This document shows positions 28,728 to 38,525 of a stretch of 40,470 nucleotides of DNA, piece after piece. This stretch comes from a virus. Both the position numbers and the translations under genes were made by a program. The first letter of the stretch is position 1; each line of letters starts with the position of its first letter. The stretch lies in the UHGV virus genome UHGV-0078430, one strand, 5' to 3'. Below the pieces are notes generated by a model. That model worked only from the letters and a program-made list of their open reading frames with translations. It did not search any database and was not told the origin of the DNA.

Positions 28728-29960
28728 TTATCCTTTGCGGTTAGACCAGAAGTCGGCGTTTTGTTTGTTCAGGGAAGCGATGCTGGTCATGCCCATATTT
28801 GGACGTTGTGCATCGCCCGTGGTGCTGCGGGTGTTTCGCCCTTTGGCAATCTCTGACACGGCGTTAAACGCCATATCTACCGATTGCTTGGGCAATTTGC
28901 GGATATCCGCATCACCGACAACCTGGCGAACCAGTGTTTTGTCAGCGGCAGCCAGCACATCACGTTTGAACGCGGTCGGTTTCACCTTACGGCTCAGATC
29001 GATACCCGGGACGATAACCTCGGCACGATAGGCAGAGTCACCGGTAATCGTGGTTTCCTCTTCGTCGTCCTCGCCGTCGCCGGTCGGATCTTTTTTGTCT
29101 TTTTCGTCAGGCTTATTGTCGTTATCGCCCGTCGCAGTTCCTTCGAGCTTAGCCAGCAGGGCTTTGAGCAAGGTTTTGATATCGTCCTCGCCGTCGCCGG
29201 TTGGATCTCCGCCCATTTCCGGCTTTTTGTCCGGCAATGGTTGCTGCGGTGAAAGGTTAATGTTGAGGTTAACGCCGCTCGGCAGATCCCCTTCGTCACC
29301 CGTTACCGCCGCTGGCGCAGAGTCCAGCAGTTCGTTCATGGTGTCAGCGTCACCCGTTTTGATGGCCGTGCGCATGCGGGTCCACCAGCTTTTCTTTTGA
29401 TTTGCCATTGTGTCTCTGTCTCCAATTGCACAACGATTTCCGGCTCTGCCTTTAGGGACAAGAGCCACATGGTTTCCGGTAATATCGACCTGCTCGGCTT
29501 TACCTGGCTCGGTCTGCTCGTACTCCGCGTCATAGCCGCACGACACTTCGCGCAGACCATCTTCGATAAGCTGAATGGCGCTTTCGTCTTTGACGATAAG
29601 GTCTGCCAGCATCAAATCAGACTGGTCACCAGTCCCGCGCCGCACATTCTGAAGATGCCCGACAGCAAGCTCTTTCCAGTTCTCGGGATTTACCAGCCGC
29701 ACATTCCCGTTTTCATCTTCAGGATGCAGGATCGTGATGCTCATCCCTTCGAATGAGGCGAGCGTGGCCGGATGGAATACCTGCTCAGGAGAACGCGTTA
29801 CGACTATCTCACCGAGCTTGTCGGGTTTGAGGTTTGGCAGATCGGCAGCGCCGTAGAGCTGCTTACCCGTTCGACCTATCGGCACGTCTTTACACAACAG
29901 CGAGCCGTCAGCCAGCTGATAGCGGGTTTCCCCCAGCCGGGTATTGAAAAAATATTTCAT
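28728..29960 (-). CDS. putative scaffold / prohead-core protein with acidic repeats
   Basis: 410 aa; central acidic low-complexity region with duplicated DPTGDGEDD motif; between Mu-F-like gene and capsid genes. Confidence 0.5.
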   Translation of the reverse strand: MKYFFNTRLGETRYQLADGSLLCKDVPIGRTGKQLYGAADLPNLKPDKLGEIVVTRSPEQVFHPATLASFEGMSITILHPEDENGNVRLVNPENWKELAVGHLQNVRRGTGDQSDLMLADLIVKDESAIQLIEDGLREVSCGYDAEYEQTEPGKAEQVDITGNHVALVPKGRAGNRCAIGDRDTMANQKKSWWTRMRTAIKTGDADTMNELLDSAPAAVTGDEGDLPSGVNLNINLSPQQPLPDKKPEMGGDPTGDGEDDIKTLLKALLAKLEGTATGDNDNKPDEKDKKDPTGDGEDDEEETTITGDSAYRAEVIVPGIDLSRKVKPTAFKRDVLAAADKTLVRQVVGDADIRKLPKQSVDMAFNAVSEIAKGRNTRSTTGDAQRPNMGMTSIASLNKQNADFWSNRKG

Positions 29961-29974
29961 GGTTTACCTGCGAT

Positions 29975-30748
29975 TCAGGCGAGATAAGAATGAGGGTTGG
30001 GGAAGACGATTTCTTTGTAACAGCGGCAGTTCGGCAGCTCACCAGCGTGACCGGTCATACCGTCAAGCGTTGGAGGTCGGCCCCATTCGACAAACTTACC
30101 TTCCATCTCCCGATGAGAATGCCGGACGTCGCCATCTTCGGCTGTACGCCAGATATAACCATTCGAGCCGATTGACAGCGCACGCGCCTGATCCAGCGCG
30201 CCGGTTGCGCGTCCAAGCTCGGTACGGGCGATAAGGTTCGCTCGTGAGCGTGACACGTCACCGGACGCAGCTATCTCTTTCGCGAATGGCTCAGCGCGGC
30301 CACCAGTCACAACGGCCTCGATGGCTTTGTTCTGAATGTCATACACCCGATCGGCGGCCTCAAGAGGCAGCGATTTGATGTACTTAATTTGCTCGGCGAC
30401 GATGGATTTCATCACCTGGCCTACCGGGGCGCGGTCGACCATGTTGCGTAGTTCTGCGCTGATGTTCCGGCTGTGCTGACGCCACTGCTTTTCATTCTGG
30501 CGCGCTATGTCTGCGGTGAAGTTCTCAGCAACCTTCGTCGCCCAGGGGGTGATGATTTCGCTGTAGCGCTCCAGCGCATCCATTATTTCGGTGACGCTAT
30601 CGTTTGAACCATCGTAGCGCCCATTTACGATATCCCCGACCGCCCGCGCTATCTGCCGTAGGCTCGTTCGATATCGGATCTCCGCCTGGCGACTCTGGCG
30701 GTTTGTCGCCAAGTTCGCCGATGCCTGGCGGCGCTTCGTCTTCGGCAT
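29975..30748 (-). CDS. head morphogenesis protein (Mu gpF / SPP1 gp7 family)
   Basis: C-terminal HSHREMEGKFVEWGRPP...PNCRCY motif typical of Mu-F-like minor capsid proteins; 5' 152 nt overlap the portal ORF so the start is uncertain. Confidence 0.7.
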   Translation of the reverse strand: MPKTKRRQASANLATNRQSRQAEIRYRTSLRQIARAVGDIVNGRYDGSNDSVTEIMDALERYSEIITPWATKVAENFTADIARQNEKQWRQHSRNISAELRNMVDRAPVGQVMKSIVAEQIKYIKSLPLEAADRVYDIQNKAIEAVVTGGRAEPFAKEIAASGDVSRSRANLIARTELGRATGALDQARALSIGSNGYIWRTAEDGDVRHSHREMEGKFVEWGRPPTLDGMTGHAGELPNCRCYKEIVFPNPHSYLA

Positions 30749-32066
30749 TCTCGATATCCTCGTCGGTAATGGATGCCCCGATGCCGGTGACGTCAGAGTT
30801 TTCGCGCAGGTCGGTCATCGCCGCCTTACGCGTCATCAATCCGTCGCCCAGCGCGGTACTGATCGCGTTGGTGGTGTTTACGGCCACCGTTGATCGGTCA
30901 ACGTCTGACATTTGCCATAGCGGGTTAAACTCAAACGTGAAATCGTCCGGCAGCGGCTTTCCGAGTTCCGAGCGGTGCATAATGTCCAGTATCCGGCGCA
31001 TCGGCAGCCGTAAGCGGCGCTCCTGCAATGAGCTCACCCGGTCGTAATAGTTGGCGAGGTCTGCATCACCAGTATAGAAGCCTTTCGGGGATTGACCGAA
31101 CAGGCGTACCAGCGGGATACCAACGGCACCGCTGATCTGCTCAGCAAACTGCGAAAGAATGTCATCCAGACCGCTGAAGCTGTACTGGTGGGTTTCGAAC
31201 TTATCCCGCGAGTCCATGAGCGTCATGCCTTCATTGCTCTGGAACTGGCGGATCAGGTCGATGTTCTTCAGCAGCGCCTCGAACGCCGGGCCTCCAAGCG
31301 CGATAAGCTCGCGCAACTTCTCCACGCTATAGGTACGCAGATGCGCTTTATAGACCAGCTGCGCCGCGCCGACAGTGGCGCTATCGAACGCAGTAAGCCG
31401 ATCCCAGATACGCTCTACAACCGACATTCCCCATTCGTTTTCGGTCATCTTCTGCTGGAATGGCAGCGTGACGCCATCAAAGCGGATCAGGCGGCTGTGA
31501 TGGATGCGCCAGGCCGGAATGCCCGTTGCGGTGGTCACCACGTCGTAAAACTCAGGCTTGCCGAGGTCCGGCCCCATCTCTTTAATGCGGCGTGTCAGCA
31601 CCGGGTTAATCATCCAGCGGTCGAGCGGGAGAATGCCCTTAAACTTGCCCTCGCCAATGGTTTCGAGTCGCAGCGGGGTCATTGGTGCTTGCCCCTCGAT
31701 CATGATGAAGCCGACCGCGCCGCCGTAGAGACGCGACCATTTCAGCACGTCGTTCAGCGCATCCCAGATCTGCAACTCATCCAGTTGCGCTTCGAGGGTG
31801 CCACGGTCTTTGGCGTCAATCTCCGAAGTGATGCGAATGCCCTTTCGGGTCATATCGTCCGGGATAGCGTCGACCGCTTCACCGATAACCCACGAACCGC
31901 GATATGACCATTCCACCAGCATGCGGTTGCGGCTGGTGAAGTTCGCCCGGTAGGTCGATGCTGAATGCTGGTTAGGCGTCTGCATCCCAACGCGGGCGAC
32001 GAAGTTCTCGTAGCCGTCAGCGGTGGCCTGTGCCGTTCGCTGAGAGGATTGCTTGTTTCGTGCCAT
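30597..32066 (-). CDS. portal protein
   Basis: 489 aa, immediately downstream of large terminase; acidic C-terminus; resembles DUF1073-type portals from memory. Confidence 0.7.
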   Translation of the reverse strand: MARNKQSSQRTAQATADGYENFVARVGMQTPNQHSASTYRANFTSRNRMLVEWSYRGSWVIGEAVDAIPDDMTRKGIRITSEIDAKDRGTLEAQLDELQIWDALNDVLKWSRLYGGAVGFIMIEGQAPMTPLRLETIGEGKFKGILPLDRWMINPVLTRRIKEMGPDLGKPEFYDVVTTATGIPAWRIHHSRLIRFDGVTLPFQQKMTENEWGMSVVERIWDRLTAFDSATVGAAQLVYKAHLRTYSVEKLRELIALGGPAFEALLKNIDLIRQFQSNEGMTLMDSRDKFETHQYSFSGLDDILSQFAEQISGAVGIPLVRLFGQSPKGFYTGDADLANYYDRVSSLQERRLRLPMRRILDIMHRSELGKPLPDDFTFEFNPLWQMSDVDRSTVAVNTTNAISTALGDGLMTRKAAMTDLRENSDVTGIGASITDEDIENAEDEAPPGIGELGDKPPESPGGDPISNEPTADSAGGRGYRKWALRWFKR

Positions 32067-33694
32067 CAGGCCTGTCTCCCTAGCAGCTCCCAGATGTTCA
32101 GGGCTGAATTCATTGGCGCGTAGCTGATCATCACCGAGTCGGCGAGGTTCGGCGACTTGGTGCCATCAGGCTGTTTATCAACAACGATTTTCCCCACGCC
32201 ATTAATGGAGTAGGTCGGCTGCGACAGCTCAATGATGAGTTTGTCTTTGCTCGCCATGGCGCTGCTGATTGAGATGATTTCGTCCGGGTTGTAGGCCATG
32301 CCCTCAACCACGGCGCGATAGGTGTTCTGGAAAAGCTTGCGTAGCCACCACCAGCTCTGGGCCTTGGCGTTGGCGAAGAAGTCCTTGTTCAGGCGTGCGG
32401 CCTGTCCGTTGTCCCCGCGCACCGCTTCATCGTCCGGATCAAATACCGCGCCGCTACCACGAAACGGTGTGGCGAGTATTGACGGTCGGCGCGCTGCGTA
32501 ACGCAGTTCGTTGATGGCGCGCGCATCGCCGCGAACGCCAGCACCCAGGCCGTCCTCGTCGAAGCGAAACTCTTCGAGGTTGTCCTGTTCGCAAAAGCCG
32601 AAGACCTTCTCAACAGACTGGTAAATGTCGCTGCCAACGCCGGACCATTCACGCACGTTCTCCAGGAGGAAGCCGTGACGGGTCGAAAAGGCGTTTTTGT
32701 CCCGGCCTTCGTCGGCGACGTCCATCGCGCCCAGGCGTTTGCCCGTTGGCTGGATGCCCAGCTTAATATGAGCGTCGACGGCAGCCTGTACCCAGTCGGA
32801 CGGGATCAGGACGCCTTCCGCAGATGCGCTGTAGTTCAGGTCAAGTTCCTGCGCCACCACCACCGGATTGTCGATTTTCTCGCACTCCCTGCGATACCAC
32901 TCTTCATCCTTGCGAGGATCATCCCGCCAGTGGAATGTGAATACCGGTATCTTCCCGCCGTGACGCTTCTGCGCGAACGGGTTCGCCATGCCATTAACCG
33001 AGCTCAGGTCAATACGGCAACGGGTGGTTTGCGACAGCGCCGCATCAATCAACAGAGGACGCTGGAGGAATGCAGCTTCATCCACCAGGTAGAGCGTGGT
33101 ACGGTCACCACGTCCGATATTGTCGCCAGCCTCGCCTTTGATAACCGCGCCAGTATCTGGAAACTCAACGCGCATATACGGCGCATGCTTCTTCTCGTCC
33201 CACGAACCACGAAACTCGATGGGCAGTGTTTCCACGAACTTTCGCGCCTTCCAGAACAGCGCCTTCGGGTCACCGGTGCTGTCGACGTATTCCTCTTTAC
33301 GGGAGCCGAAACCGATAACCATTTCTTTGTTGAAGAGACAAAGCGAGCAGGCCAGCCCGATCGCGGTCCAACTGAGCCCCATTTCGCGGCTCTTTTCGGT
33401 GATGCCGTTCTCCAGTCGTTCGCGCCGCTCCATGATCCAGTGAATCCACTCTTCCTGTTTCGGGAACAGCAGAAAAGGGATGGTGACCGGCAGGCCATAA
33501 TCGATGTTACGCGGGTCAGTAGTCATACCCCAGTCGATGATGAACTGTGCCGGGTTGGTGCGATAAAACTGCTTTAGCGCTGGCAGCATTTCAGGGTTCT
33601 GGCGAATGCGCTGTAAGCGCTCCATCCGCCATTCAAAAACCATCTGGTAATCAGGGTTTCTGAAATCGAATTCAAACGGGAGAGGCATGATCAC
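32066..33694 (-). CDS. terminase large subunit
   Basis: 542 aa; Walker-B-like [11 protein letters not shown]; followed by portal; preceded by small-subunit-like gene. Confidence 0.8.
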   Translation of the reverse strand: MIMPLPFEFDFRNPDYQMVFEWRMERLQRIRQNPEMLPALKQFYRTNPAQFIIDWGMTTDPRNIDYGLPVTIPFLLFPKQEEWIHWIMERRERLENGITEKSREMGLSWTAIGLACSLCLFNKEMVIGFGSRKEEYVDSTGDPKALFWKARKFVETLPIEFRGSWDEKKHAPYMRVEFPDTGAVIKGEAGDNIGRGDRTTLYLVDEAAFLQRPLLIDAALSQTTRCRIDLSSVNGMANPFAQKRHGGKIPVFTFHWRDDPRKDEEWYRRECEKIDNPVVVAQELDLNYSASAEGVLIPSDWVQAAVDAHIKLGIQPTGKRLGAMDVADEGRDKNAFSTRHGFLLENVREWSGVGSDIYQSVEKVFGFCEQDNLEEFRFDEDGLGAGVRGDARAINELRYAARRPSILATPFRGSGAVFDPDDEAVRGDNGQAARLNKDFFANAKAQSWWWLRKLFQNTYRAVVEGMAYNPDEIISISSAMASKDKLIIELSQPTYSINGVGKIVVDKQPDGTKSPNLADSVMISYAPMNSALNIWELLGRQA

Positions 33695-34164
33695 CCCATC
33701 ATCTTGCGGTAAATCTCTGCGGCCTGATCTGCGGTGAGGTTGGTCGTCTCGGTCTTGATCGGGCCGCCATCCTTGCCAGTGCTCTCAACCTTCAGCTTAT
33801 TGGTGTAAGCGTCGCCAACCTCTTTCGCGGCCTGTTCGATAAGCTGCGCCGTCAGGGAGAAGTTTTTCATCCCCTCGGTTTTGGTTGCCATGCGGTCAAG
33901 CACGCGGAGGCGATAGGATTTGTTCGCTATCGGAATGTCGCTGGTTTCGGTCAGGAACCGTTCGCGCGTCGCGTGGAACATCTCGATCCACTTTTTGGCG
34001 AGCGTCTTACCGCTGGCCTTCGTGGGGTCGTGAGATTCAGCCTGCTGGCGGGTAATCTTGATCCCGAATTCTTTTTGGACAGCCTCGACCACCTGCGATG
34101 GCGTGTCATAGCACGCAAGCGACTGAATGATGAAGGCTTTCACATCAGGTTTTAATGCAGCCAT
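33691..34164 (-). CDS. terminase small subunit (putative)
   Basis: 157 aa, overlaps start of large terminase (ATGA-type coupling). Confidence 0.55.
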   Translation of the reverse strand: MAALKPDVKAFIIQSLACYDTPSQVVEAVQKEFGIKITRQQAESHDPTKASGKTLAKKWIEMFHATRERFLTETSDIPIANKSYRLRVLDRMATKTEGMKNFSLTAQLIEQAAKEVGDAYTNKLKVESTGKDGGPIKTETTNLTADQAAEIYRKMMG

Positions 34165-34195
34165 AAATCACCATTCGTCTTATACAGTCCAGTAT

Positions 34196-34852
34196 TTAAG
34201 CCAGTCGCAGCATGCACGTCCCGCACGCTCTGGCAATATCGAGATGAGCAACCTCCGCTGGCTGATTCGCCGCATCAATCATTTCCTGCACGTCCCGGCT
34301 TGCACCGTAACGGCGAACCACGCCCACAAACTCTTCCACGTCATGGCCGCGCAGCTTCAGCTTTGGCTGCCCTTCCTGCGTGAACTTCGGCGCGCCAAAT
34401 TCATCTGTCGCCTGGCAGATGTGATAAAGCTCGTGCTCTATCAGCGCACAGAATTCCAGATCGGAACATTGCGAGCAGTAATCAGCGGCCAGCGTGATGA
34501 TGAACTGCGGCACCCTGCCGAACCATTCATACATCTGCTGCTCCATCCGCGCTTTCTGCCAGCCTCCAGCCCGCATTGCCACTTCTTCCGCCTGCCCCAG
34601 CACGGAACGCCCTTTCTTCTCGAAAGCGTTAGACGCCCAGAGAAAGCACAGATCCGCTTCAAGCAAATGCTGGTGGTCATGGTTGTAGAGGTCACCCTCA
34701 TCGCTCAGGATGTGCTGATTCAGCCACTCGCCAACGTCATTAGCGGGCATAATGCTGATGTACGGCTTCGGGTCAGGTGGCATCGTAAAATGCGCTGGTG
34801 GGTGTGGTCTGTTCATGAATAATTCCAGTGCTCCATTATCGAAGCCCCTCAA
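34196..34852 (-). CDS. HExxH-motif protein (putative metallopeptidase-like)
   Basis: 218-aa ORF with HELYH motif and multiple Cys; between Rha and terminase genes. Confidence 0.45.
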   Translation of the reverse strand: MRGFDNGALELFMNRPHPPAHFTMPPDPKPYISIMPANDVGEWLNQHILSDEGDLYNHDHQHLLEADLCFLWASNAFEKKGRSVLGQAEEVAMRAGGWQKARMEQQMYEWFGRVPQFIITLAADYCSQCSDLEFCALIEHELYHICQATDEFGAPKFTQEGQPKLKLRGHDVEEFVGVVRRYGASRDVQEMIDAANQPAEVAHLDIARACGTCMLRLA

Positions 34853-34876
34853 TGAAGGGCTTCTGTAATGCCGCGA

Positions 34877-35431
34877 TCAGCCAATAAGTAATTCCGGCTG
34901 CGTTACCTGCATGATGTGCTCATGTTCGAGCTCCAGGACGCGCTTCTCTTTCTTCCGCTCGTTCATCAAACGGCTTCCGATCGTGCCTTTCAGCTTTGAG
35001 CGCGTTTCTTTGATGGCGTAGCGATGCTGCAATTCTTCACCCATCGCCATGCGCCGGTTTAGCTGCTCGGCCATCCAGTTGAAGGCATTGATGTAACACT
35101 CCTTCACTGCGGCAGCTGTTTTGCCAGTGAATCCCATCACTAGCATCATGCATCCGTCGCGGGTGATGTTATACATAGGCTGAACATCGCCATTTTTATC
35201 AATGAAATCAATGGGCGCAAAATTGCGCTGGGTGAAGTCATCGGAGCATTTCAGGTTACGTATGGCACGCAAAACGTCTTTGTGTCGCTTGCCAAAGTAA
35301 TCCGCCACCTTGAGTGATGTGGTGATTATCTTGTTGTCGAGGGTCGTGACCATTTCGCGGAAGTCGAAGGCCGGAATAACTGACGGATTATTCATAGCGT
35401 CTTTACCTTTTAGAAAGTGAGCCTGTCTCAC
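34877..35431 (-). CDS. phage regulatory protein Rha
   Basis: N-terminal TSLKVADYFGKRHKDVLRAIRNL matches Rha-family signature; start probably internal Met (MNNPS). Confidence 0.75.
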   Translation of the reverse strand: MRQAHFLKGKDAMNNPSVIPAFDFREMVTTLDNKIITTSLKVADYFGKRHKDVLRAIRNLKCSDDFTQRNFAPIDFIDKNGDVQPMYNITRDGCMMLVMGFTGKTAAAVKECYINAFNWMAEQLNRRMAMGEELQHRYAIKETRSKLKGTIGSRLMNERKKEKRVLELEHEHIMQVTQPELLIG

Positions 35432-35538
35432 AGAAAAGCCGCCCGAGAGAGGTCGCCACCTATAACGGCATTTCTCAGGCTCGCTTACTGAAAGGCTCTC
35501 GTTAATATGCGCGTGAGATGCGCGTTTACTGCGGACAT

Positions 35539-35561
35539 AAAAAAGCCCCGCATCGCGAGGC
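35539..35561 (-). terminator. Rho-independent terminator after lysis cassette
   Basis: minus strand gcctcgc-gat-gcggggc followed by U6. Confidence 0.45.
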
Positions 35562-35593
35562 TCATTAAATTGACTTTGTGATTTGCAAAAAAA

Positions 35594-36061
35594 TTATTTC
35601 AGGCATTGCGTCCTGATGTATTCCTGCAGGTAGTTAACCTGCGCGGTTATCCTGTCGATTCCACTTCGGAGACGGTAATAATTGAGTTCAGCATCTGCTG
35701 TAAGTCTTGGGCTTTCTCCATCGCCCATGCTGCTGGCTCCGGTCGTTGACTTTGCACAGGTGGCGGCGACTTGCAGCCGCTTACGGCCAGCAATGACATC
35801 GCTATGCAGACGCTCAATGGTTTCTTTCGCATCAGCCAGTTCTCCGGTGTATTTGGCATCCAGTGCAGCGACATCACGCTGGCGGGTCTGCATGTCTTTA
35901 ATGGTGGCGGTCGCCAGGAGGAGTTTCTCAGTGGCCTTATCGCGCTGGTCTCTGTAAGTGATGGCGTTGTCGCGGTAGTGGTTCACGAAGAAAGCCAGTG
36001 CGCCGATTAACGCCAGCACCAGCAACTGCAGCCAGTAACGCTTAACCAGTGCGCTAATCAT
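35594..36061 (-). CDS. i-spanin (Rz-like)
   Basis: 155 aa, N-terminal TM helix, coiled-coil periplasmic domain; downstream of endolysin; contains embedded lipoprotein ORF. Confidence 0.75.
   Translation of the reverse strand: MISALVKRYWLQLLVLALIGALAFFVNHYRDNAITYRDQRDKATEKLLLATATIKDMQTRQRDVAALDAKYTGELADAKETIERLHSDVIAGRKRLQVAATCAKSTTGASSMGDGESPRLTADAELNYYRLRSGIDRITAQVNYLQEYIRTQCLK
35647..35832 (-). CDS. o-spanin (Rz1-like lipoprotein) embedded in Rz
   Basis: 61-aa product [20 protein letters not shown]... with lipobox and Pro-rich mature part, entirely within the Rz gene in another frame. Confidence 0.7.
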   Translation of the reverse strand: MRKKPLSVCIAMSLLAVSGCKSPPPVQSQRPEPAAWAMEKAQDLQQMLNSIITVSEVESTG

Positions 36062-36534
36062 GACAGGAACAGAGCTCGCTCTGCCTCCCGCCGACGTGTC
36101 AGCCCATTCAGCACCTTCCCACCAGCTTTATTCCAGCGCAGGAACTCATCGGCTGCACCAGCGTAATCTCCGGCGTTGAGTTTTCGCAGGAGAGTCGATG
36201 TCGACAATGACCGCGCACCGAGGTTATACGTGAACGACACCAGGGCATCGAACTGGCCTTGTGTCAGCTTCACCCTGACAACTTTCAGCACGTCATTCTC
36301 ATAACCAACAAGCCCTGTTTTCAGAAGCCTGTCAGCGGTTTGCTGGTCGATAGTCATACCGCGCTTTACTGGCTTTCCGTCAACCGGATGGGTCCAGCCA
36401 TAGCCGATGGTCCACGGCGCATCTCCCGTTCCGGGGTCGGGGTAAGCAGTCAGCCGACAACCTTCAAATTTTTTTATCAGAGCAATTCCGTCAGGACTGG
36501 TTTGCATCGTCAACTCCCGCCTTTTTTGCTGCAA
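36058..36534 (-). CDS. endolysin (GH24 lysozyme-like)
   Basis: [20 protein letters not shown]...WTIGYGWT motif typical of T4-lysozyme-like muramidases; true start may be internal Met (MQTSPDG). Confidence 0.85.
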   Translation of the reverse strand: MQQKRRELTMQTSPDGIALIKKFEGCRLTAYPDPGTGDAPWTIGYGWTHPVDGKPVKRGMTIDQQTADRLLKTGLVGYENDVLKVVRVKLTQGQFDALVSFTYNLGARSLSTSTLLRKLNAGDYAGAADEFLRWNKAGGKVLNGLTRRREAERALFLS

Positions 36535-36814
36535 GTTTTTTAATCAGATTGCCGATCGAATCGGTGCCGATGTATCCAATAAAGACGCTGGCTATGTAGG
36601 CGAGGTTGCTGCTCAGGCCGATAAAGTCCAGAAGGTCACGAACGAACCAGGCAATCATCGCGCACATCAGCGCATCAATTAGCGTTTTTGTTACCGCGCC
36701 GCCGTTATAGCGACCACGCAGATACGCCATGATAAAAGCCAGCATTGCACCAATACCCTGCTCCTTGGCGGCAAGTAGCGCAGCGATGAAATCTTGTTTG
36801 TATGGCATTTTCAT
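36491..36814 (-). CDS. class I holin (lambda S-like) with dual-start motif
   Basis: 107-aa product from MKM start, closely matches my recollection of lambda S ([27 protein letters not shown]...[21 protein letters not shown]); ORF trimmed from 36934. Confidence 0.85.
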   Translation of the reverse strand: MKMPYKQDFIAALLAAKEQGIGAMLAFIMAYLRGRYNGGAVTKTLIDALMCAMIAWFVRDLLDFIGLSSNLAYIASVFIGYIGTDSIGNLIKKLAAKKAGVDDANQS

Positions 36815-36922
36815 AGGCCTCACCTCCGATTTTCCGGATGGTGCTGTGTGTGTTTGTAGGGGAAAGGCCGTCAGACTCTGATTGCTACATGGCATCTGAA
36901 AATGATATCTGCGGCCTGCAAT

Positions 36923-36946
36923 AAAAAAGCCCACGGCGCGGTGGGC
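36923..36946 (-). terminator. Rho-independent terminator
   Basis: minus strand gcccac-cgcgcc-gtgggc followed by U6. Confidence 0.45.
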
Positions 36947-36996
36947 AATAGAGGGTAGTGCGTTGAGCTTTTGCTCTTATGGTCCTGGTAGGTATT

Positions 36997-37071
36997 TGGC
37001 GGGACAGGAAGGATTCGAACCTTCGACCAATCGGTTAACAGCCGATCTCACAACCTCTGTGCTTCTGACCC
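36997..37071 (-). tRNA. tRNA-Asn-like (anticodon GUU), possibly phage-borne or degenerate
   Basis: manual cloverleaf: acceptor GGGTCAG/CTGTCCC (one T-T mismatch), D-arm with GG, anticodon stem ATCGG/CCGAT with loop CTGTTAA, T-arm GAAGG-TTCGAAT-CCTTC, encoded CCA. Confidence 0.45.
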
Positions 37072-37078
37072 TGAATGC

Positions 37079-37105
37079 AAAAAGCCCCTGCATTTCTGCA
37101 AGGGC
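37079..37105 (-). terminator. tR'-like terminator downstream of Q-position gene
   Basis: minus strand gcccttgca-gaaa-tgcaggggc followed by U5. Confidence 0.45.
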
Positions 37106-37189
37106 TTAAATGTGGTTCACACCGCTCCGCGCAAGGCATCTCCGCTGGTGGGTAAGCTCTTTCGCCTTTGACGTCCGAGCATATCTGAA

Positions 37190-37873
37190 TTATGCAGTTT
37201 CAAAACTCGTTTTCAAGTCTTTTTCGCAAGTTTTTGCATTTTCGAAGCCAAATTCATCTTTTAACGTGAAGAAGACAGCAGAATTAAACAACTCAATACA
37301 CCAGCGCACGCGGTCAATACATTGCTTTTCGGTCAGAAACGGCGCGTAGTAATATTGCATCCACCGTGCCATGTCATTAATGGTTTTCCTCCAGGTGTAA
37401 TAGTCCTTCCCTATCTCATACACGGGATTCCCCGGCTTGAAGGACTTCAGGATGATAGCCTCCATGAATGCAGCTTCCTCTTGATCCCCGGCGTTGCCGA
37501 TCAGGTCAGAAAGTGATTTCTTCGGCCAGATGATGGCTTTAGCCTGCTCAAACAACGCATCTCCGGTATAGCCAATTTTACGCAGACCAGACAGTACGGT
37601 AGCGATCCGCTCCTGCTGTTCGCCAGTCCAGCCGGTCAATATCATTGACCACATACCACCGCCACCTGAAAGGTGTTCTATTCCGCTGCCTCCATACATG
37701 CCGCCCCAGTGGTTCAGCAACGAACGAACCCAACGGCTTTGCGATGGTGTCAGTCGGCGGTATTTCCCCAGGTAAGATCTGCGTGGTGCTGCTGCCAGCG
37801 TCACCCAGGCGTTTTGCGGGTTGGTACGCTCAACAGACGCTTTCTGGTAATTGTTAATATCGGTGCGTGTCAT
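37190..37873 (-). CDS. putative late-gene regulator (antiterminator Q position)
   Basis: 227-aa product from ATG overlapping rusA stop (ATGA); located between rusA and tR'-like terminator/lysis genes as Q is in lambdoid phages; family not recognised by sequence. Confidence 0.45.
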   Translation of the reverse strand: MTRTDINNYQKASVERTNPQNAWVTLAAAPRRSYLGKYRRLTPSQSRWVRSLLNHWGGMYGGSGIEHLSGGGGMWSMILTGWTGEQQERIATVLSGLRKIGYTGDALFEQAKAIIWPKKSLSDLIGNAGDQEEAAFMEAIILKSFKPGNPVYEIGKDYYTWRKTINDMARWMQYYYAPFLTEKQCIDRVRWCIELFNSAVFFTLKDEFGFENAKTCEKDLKTSFETA

Positions 37874-38229
37874 TGTCCGTTCTCCCGAATGATGATCTGG
37901 CCTTTCTCGCCCCATAGCTTTGTAATGCGACAATCCCAGACACTGGAATCATCATCAAACAGGGCATCCATCAGTGCTTTAAGCATGTTGTCGCAGTCTG
38001 GTTTTGACTGGTGCGGCTTGCCGTTGAGCTGTTCACGCTTCTTTTTTCTCCAGCTCGGAGGCATTGGCATAACGAAGGTGATATGCGCGCCGGACTCAGG
38101 GAGATTGATTTTGCGCAGACGTGCTTCATCGCAGAATGCGCGGTAACGCATGACCGCAGGCCGTGTTTTCCATTTGTCGGCGCGGGTCATACGGGGCTTG
38201 CCGATCGGCGTGATGTCGTAAATTTTCAT
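37870..38229 (-). CDS. rusA: Holliday junction resolvase RusA
   Basis: 119-aa product MKIYDITPIGKPRMTRADKW...DCDNMLKALMDAL matches RusA family from memory; ORF trimmed from 38376. Confidence 0.8.
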   Translation of the reverse strand: MKIYDITPIGKPRMTRADKWKTRPAVMRYRAFCDEARLRKINLPESGAHITFVMPMPPSWRKKKREQLNGKPHQSKPDCDNMLKALMDALFDDDSSVWDCRITKLWGEKGQIIIRENGQ

Positions 38230-38525
38230 GCTGGCACCACCAGCCCAAGGCGGGCTATCTGGATAACGGTCAGAACGATAGCGCGGTCCATCAGCTGGCG
38301 GCGTTCGTCTCGCGATAGCTTGCTGCCGTTGTCGATGCTGTCGTGGCAGCAAACGCAAATCGCCGCCGTGGCGCAATCATCGGCTTTCAGGCCCATGCCT
38401 TTGCCTTCATTGCGATGCGCTACCTGTGTCCCCCACGAACCGCATAACACGCACTGCTCGATCTGCCCGACAGCGGCGAGCCATTTTTTGCTGCGGTAGG
38501 TTTTCTGACTGGGGTTATTTCGCAT
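38226..38525 (-). CDS. Cys-rich nin-region protein (YbcO/DUF1364-like)
   Basis: about 99 aa with CVLCGS...CVCCH cysteine clusters; position between ninB and rusA as ybcO in DLP12-type prophages. Confidence 0.5.
   Translation of the reverse strand: MRNNPSQKTYRSKKWLAAVGQIEQCVLCGSWGTQVAHRNEGKGMGLKADDCATAAICVCCHDSIDNGSKLSRDERRQLMDRAIVLTVIQIARLGLVVPA

Noticed and set aside
31092-31907. 271-aa plus-strand ORF antisense to the portal gene
   Set aside because: Shadow ORF opposite a gene with strong family support; Arg/Ala-rich composition typical of antisense frames in GC-rich DNA.
32675-33577. 300-aa plus-strand ORF antisense to the large terminase gene
   Set aside because: Shadow ORF; the terminase call on the opposite strand has motif support.
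34127-34822. 231-aa plus-strand ORF overlapping the HExxH gene and terminase small subunit
   Set aside because: Antisense to tightly packed minus-strand genes; no independent support.
36491-36934. 147-aa holin ORF as given by the ORF track
   Set aside because: The N-terminal 40 codons run through a terminator hairpin and lack similarity to holins; the product from the MKM dual start matches the canonical 107-aa S-type holin.
36997-37071. tRNA-like sequence as a prophage attachment-site remnant
   Set aside because: A complete cloverleaf including 5' acceptor strand and D-arm is present, and it lies mid-prophage between Q and lysis genes, so it is more likely a phage-borne tRNA than an att fragment.
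37870-38376. 168-aa RusA ORF with Arg/Pro-rich N-terminal extension
   Set aside because: The extension overlaps the upstream gene and is low-complexity; the internal Met gives a canonical RusA-sized protein with ATGA coupling.
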